DNA of 60,725 nt, taken from positions 1 through 60,725 of the forward strand of contig JAZQTW010000058.1 in NCBI GenBank assembly GCA_045630985.1, read 5' to 3'. This document shows positions 58,711 to 60,725 of the stretch, one piece after another (the stretch's first letter is position 1; the number at the start of each line of letters is the position of its first letter). The notes below the pieces were generated by a model. That model worked only from the letters and a program-made list of their open reading frames with translations. It was not told where the DNA came from and made no database searches. The DNA comes from Alphaproteobacteria bacterium (GTDB lineage: Bacteria; Pseudomonadota; Alphaproteobacteria; RF32; CAG-239). The position numbers and the translations under genes were made by a program.

Positions 58711-60663
58711 ATGACTGATAATAATAAGTTGGCTCACTCGTTTGAGCGACCTTTAAGTTTTTTTGCTTATGAAAAGCAAAAGATTAAAAAATTTTATGAA
58801 TTTATCCAAGGTTACAAGATAAAATCTCAAAACAATATAAATCCCTTTGTTCTATCTTTTAATATCTATAAAGAAATGGATTATATTTGTAAGAAGAATT
58901 TATACCTTATGATAGCTATAGGGATTGCATCAGCTATGCTAGAAGGGTTAATCCCTTATTTTGAAATGTTAGTATATGGCTCAATGCCTGCAATATTAGA
59001 TAATACTCCAAAAGCAATAACAACATTTTTGCTATATTGGGTATTATTAAATGCAGCTAAAATGATTGAACCTGTTTTTAATAATTTAAGGTATTGTTAT
59101 AGAGATGTGATAAAACACAAATACAATGAGGCAGAACAAACTAAGGGTTTTGCAGATATCATACGCAAGCCACGTCCATTTTTTAAAGTTAATTCACCGT
59201 CATCTTTGAATGACATGGTAGAAAAAATAACAAACAATAAAGTGGAACTATTGAGTGATGTATTAGATGAACTAAGAGGAATTGTTGTTTTATGTATAAC
59301 AGGAATTAGTGTTTTTCTTGTTTCAGCTAAATTATTCTTTGTTATAGTAGTCGCTTGCTTAATATATGCAGAGTTTAGCGGATACGCATCATATTTATTG
59401 CGAAATAGAGAAAATAAAAAAAGACTAATAAAGATAAAAGTAAGACAAACAAATAGAGATATAATGGCAAATTCTGCACTTGTACAAGATGCATTAAATA
59501 TATCTAATGAACAAATTTGTATGAGACAAAGAATGAAAAAAGATACCAAAGCATCTCTAAAGCTTCTTTTTGCAGATTATAAAATGGAGAATATTTCTTC
59601 ATTTATCGTATCTACGGTGATTGCTTTTTTTATCGCAACAATAGCTTTGCACGATATTATTGTTTCAAAAGATATAGGTAGATTGGCTTTGATTTATAGT
59701 GCTACATCAGTATTTAGATGGCGTAGTTATCAATTAATTCTTTGGTATAAAAGATATCTATTAGATAATCGCAATGAGATTGTAGATACACAAAAGCAAC
59801 TTATAACCCCACATGCATTAGAGCGTAAAACCGGTTCTAAAAAGCTAACACCAGAAGATAATACTATAAACATAAAAGACATTCGCTTTTCTTATCCGAA
59901 AATCAAAGATGTAACCACGCTAGGCGCTGAAAAAGAAACGATTGAACGTGGAAACGAGGTTATAAAAGGCATCACAACCACAATAAACCCAGGAGAGATA
60001 ACCGTTGTTGCCGGTACATCAGGTGAGGGTAAAACAACTCTAATGAGTTTAATACGCCACGATTATGACCTGACATCAGGCTCAATAAAACTTGGTACAA
60101 AAACTCTAACCGCTCTTTCCGATAACGAGATAAACAAACAAATAGCATTTGTTGATCAAAACGTTCACTTCTTTGATCAAACCTTGTTGTATAACTTAAA
60201 ATACTTCAAAGAAAACGCATCAGAAGAAGAATTGCAAAAAGCTTTAGATTCTGCTGGCTTAACAGAGGATATATTAAATCTAAAAGATGGTGTATATCAC
60301 AGAATTGGACAAGATGGTAGGGCCCTATCTGGTGGTCAGCGCCAACGCTTGGCTTTAGCTCGTATATTCTTAACGAACCGTCCAATAATGATATTAGATG
60401 AGCCAACAACAGGGTTAGACCAAGTATTAAGCTTTAAGGTAATGAAAACCTTAAAAGAAAAAGCTAAAAATAAAACGGTATTGCTTGTAACACATAATCC
60501 AACCGAAATAGCTCTTGCAGATAGGGTAATTGTTATAAAAGATGGCCAAATAGAAAGTGATGGAACACCACTTGATTTAATAGAAACATCTCCTTTCTTA
60601 AAATCAAGTCTAACAAAACAAGATATCTTAAGTAAACAAAAACTATTTTCTAAAATAGCTTAA
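58711..60663 (+). CDS. ABC exporter, fused transmembrane and ATP-binding domains (type I exporter)
   Basis: 650 aa. ~60-aa N-terminal extension and a six-helix-type TMD. NBD with Walker A GTSGEGKTTLMSL, LSGGQRQRLALAR, Walker B ILDEPTTGLD, H-loop VTHNP. AAGGAA RBS. Confidence 0.85.
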   Translation: MTDNNKLAHSFERPLSFFAYEKQKIKKFYEFIQGYKIKSQNNINPFVLSFNIYKEMDYICKKNLYLMIAIGIASAMLEGLIPYFEMLVYGSMPAILDNTPKAITTFLLYWVLLNAAKMIEPVFNNLRYCYRDVIKHKYNEAEQTKGFADIIRKPRPFFKVNSPSSLNDMVEKITNNKVELLSDVLDELRGIVVLCITGISVFLVSAKLFFVIVVACLIYAEFSGYASYLLRNRENKKRLIKIKVRQTNRDIMANSALVQDALNISNEQICMRQRMKKDTKASLKLLFADYKMENISSFIVSTVIAFFIATIALHDIIVSKDIGRLALIYSATSVFRWRSYQLILWYKRYLLDNRNEIVDTQKQLITPHALERKTGSKKLTPEDNTINIKDIRFSYPKIKDVTTLGAEKETIERGNEVIKGITTTINPGEITVVAGTSGEGKTTLMSLIRHDYDLTSGSIKLGTKTLTALSDNEINKQIAFVDQNVHFFDQTLLYNLKYFKENASEEELQKALDSAGLTEDILNLKDGVYHRIGQDGRALSGGQRQRLALARIFLTNRPIMILDEPTTGLDQVLSFKVMKTLKEKAKNKTVLLVTHNPTEIALADRVIVIKDGQIESDGTPLDLIETSPFLKSSLTKQDILSKQKLFSKIA

Positions 60664-60672
60664 AGCAAAACA

Positions 60673-60700
60673 AAAGGCTCTAGGTTTTCTAGGGCCTTTT
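60673..60700 (+). terminator. rho-independent terminator after the ABC exporter gene
   Basis: AAAGGCTCTAG-GTTTT-CTAGGGCCTTT is an 11-bp stem with one G-U pair. It is flanked by an A-run upstream and a short T-run downstream (bidirectional type). Confidence 0.6.
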
Positions 60701-60725
60701 AAAACAAAAAAAGAGGAGCTATCTC

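Overview
Gene-dense, very AT-rich bacterial chromosomal segment. I count about 58 protein genes plus RNase P RNA, and I recognised no rRNA, tRNA, CRISPR array, transposase or integrase. Local synteny suggests an alphaproteobacterium: short HprK next to tsaE, an rppH / ctpA / M23-activator / gpmI string, rluD-rpoH, tolQRA, lpxC-bamD-recN, and type A RNase P RNA. The AT-richness, Asn-rich insertions in housekeeping proteins and many orphan exported proteins suggest a host-associated Rickettsiales/Holosporales-like lineage. That placement is inference from memory, not a search result. Most of the window is housekeeping: tyrS, radA, mlaFE, tsaE, a bat (vWA/TPR) string, gpmI, glmM, lpxC, bamD, recN, tgt, rpoH, rluD, ligA and infC. 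Six things stand out. (1) An orphan VirD4/TraG-type coupling protein sits in a six-gene block of unrecognisable proteins (45746-53096), two of which share an N-terminal membrane module, with no channel or relaxase genes in the window. This is my best candidate for an undescribed system. (2) Two paralogous signal-peptide proteins carry fucosyltransferase-superfamily-like motifs (5587-6504 and 36346-37251). (3) A promoter, a 26-codon ORF and an intrinsic terminator lie directly upstream of a GNAT gene, with an alternative-pairing element. (4) A subtilase-fold protein has a disrupted catalytic triad, sits behind a GC-rich leader and lies next to an ABC exporter. (5) A MinD/ParA-fold protein with a destroyed Walker A is coupled to a membrane J-domain protein. 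(6) The bat string lacks moxR and DUF58. All calls rest on reading the translations and sequence by eye. No database, HMM, folding or GC computation was run.
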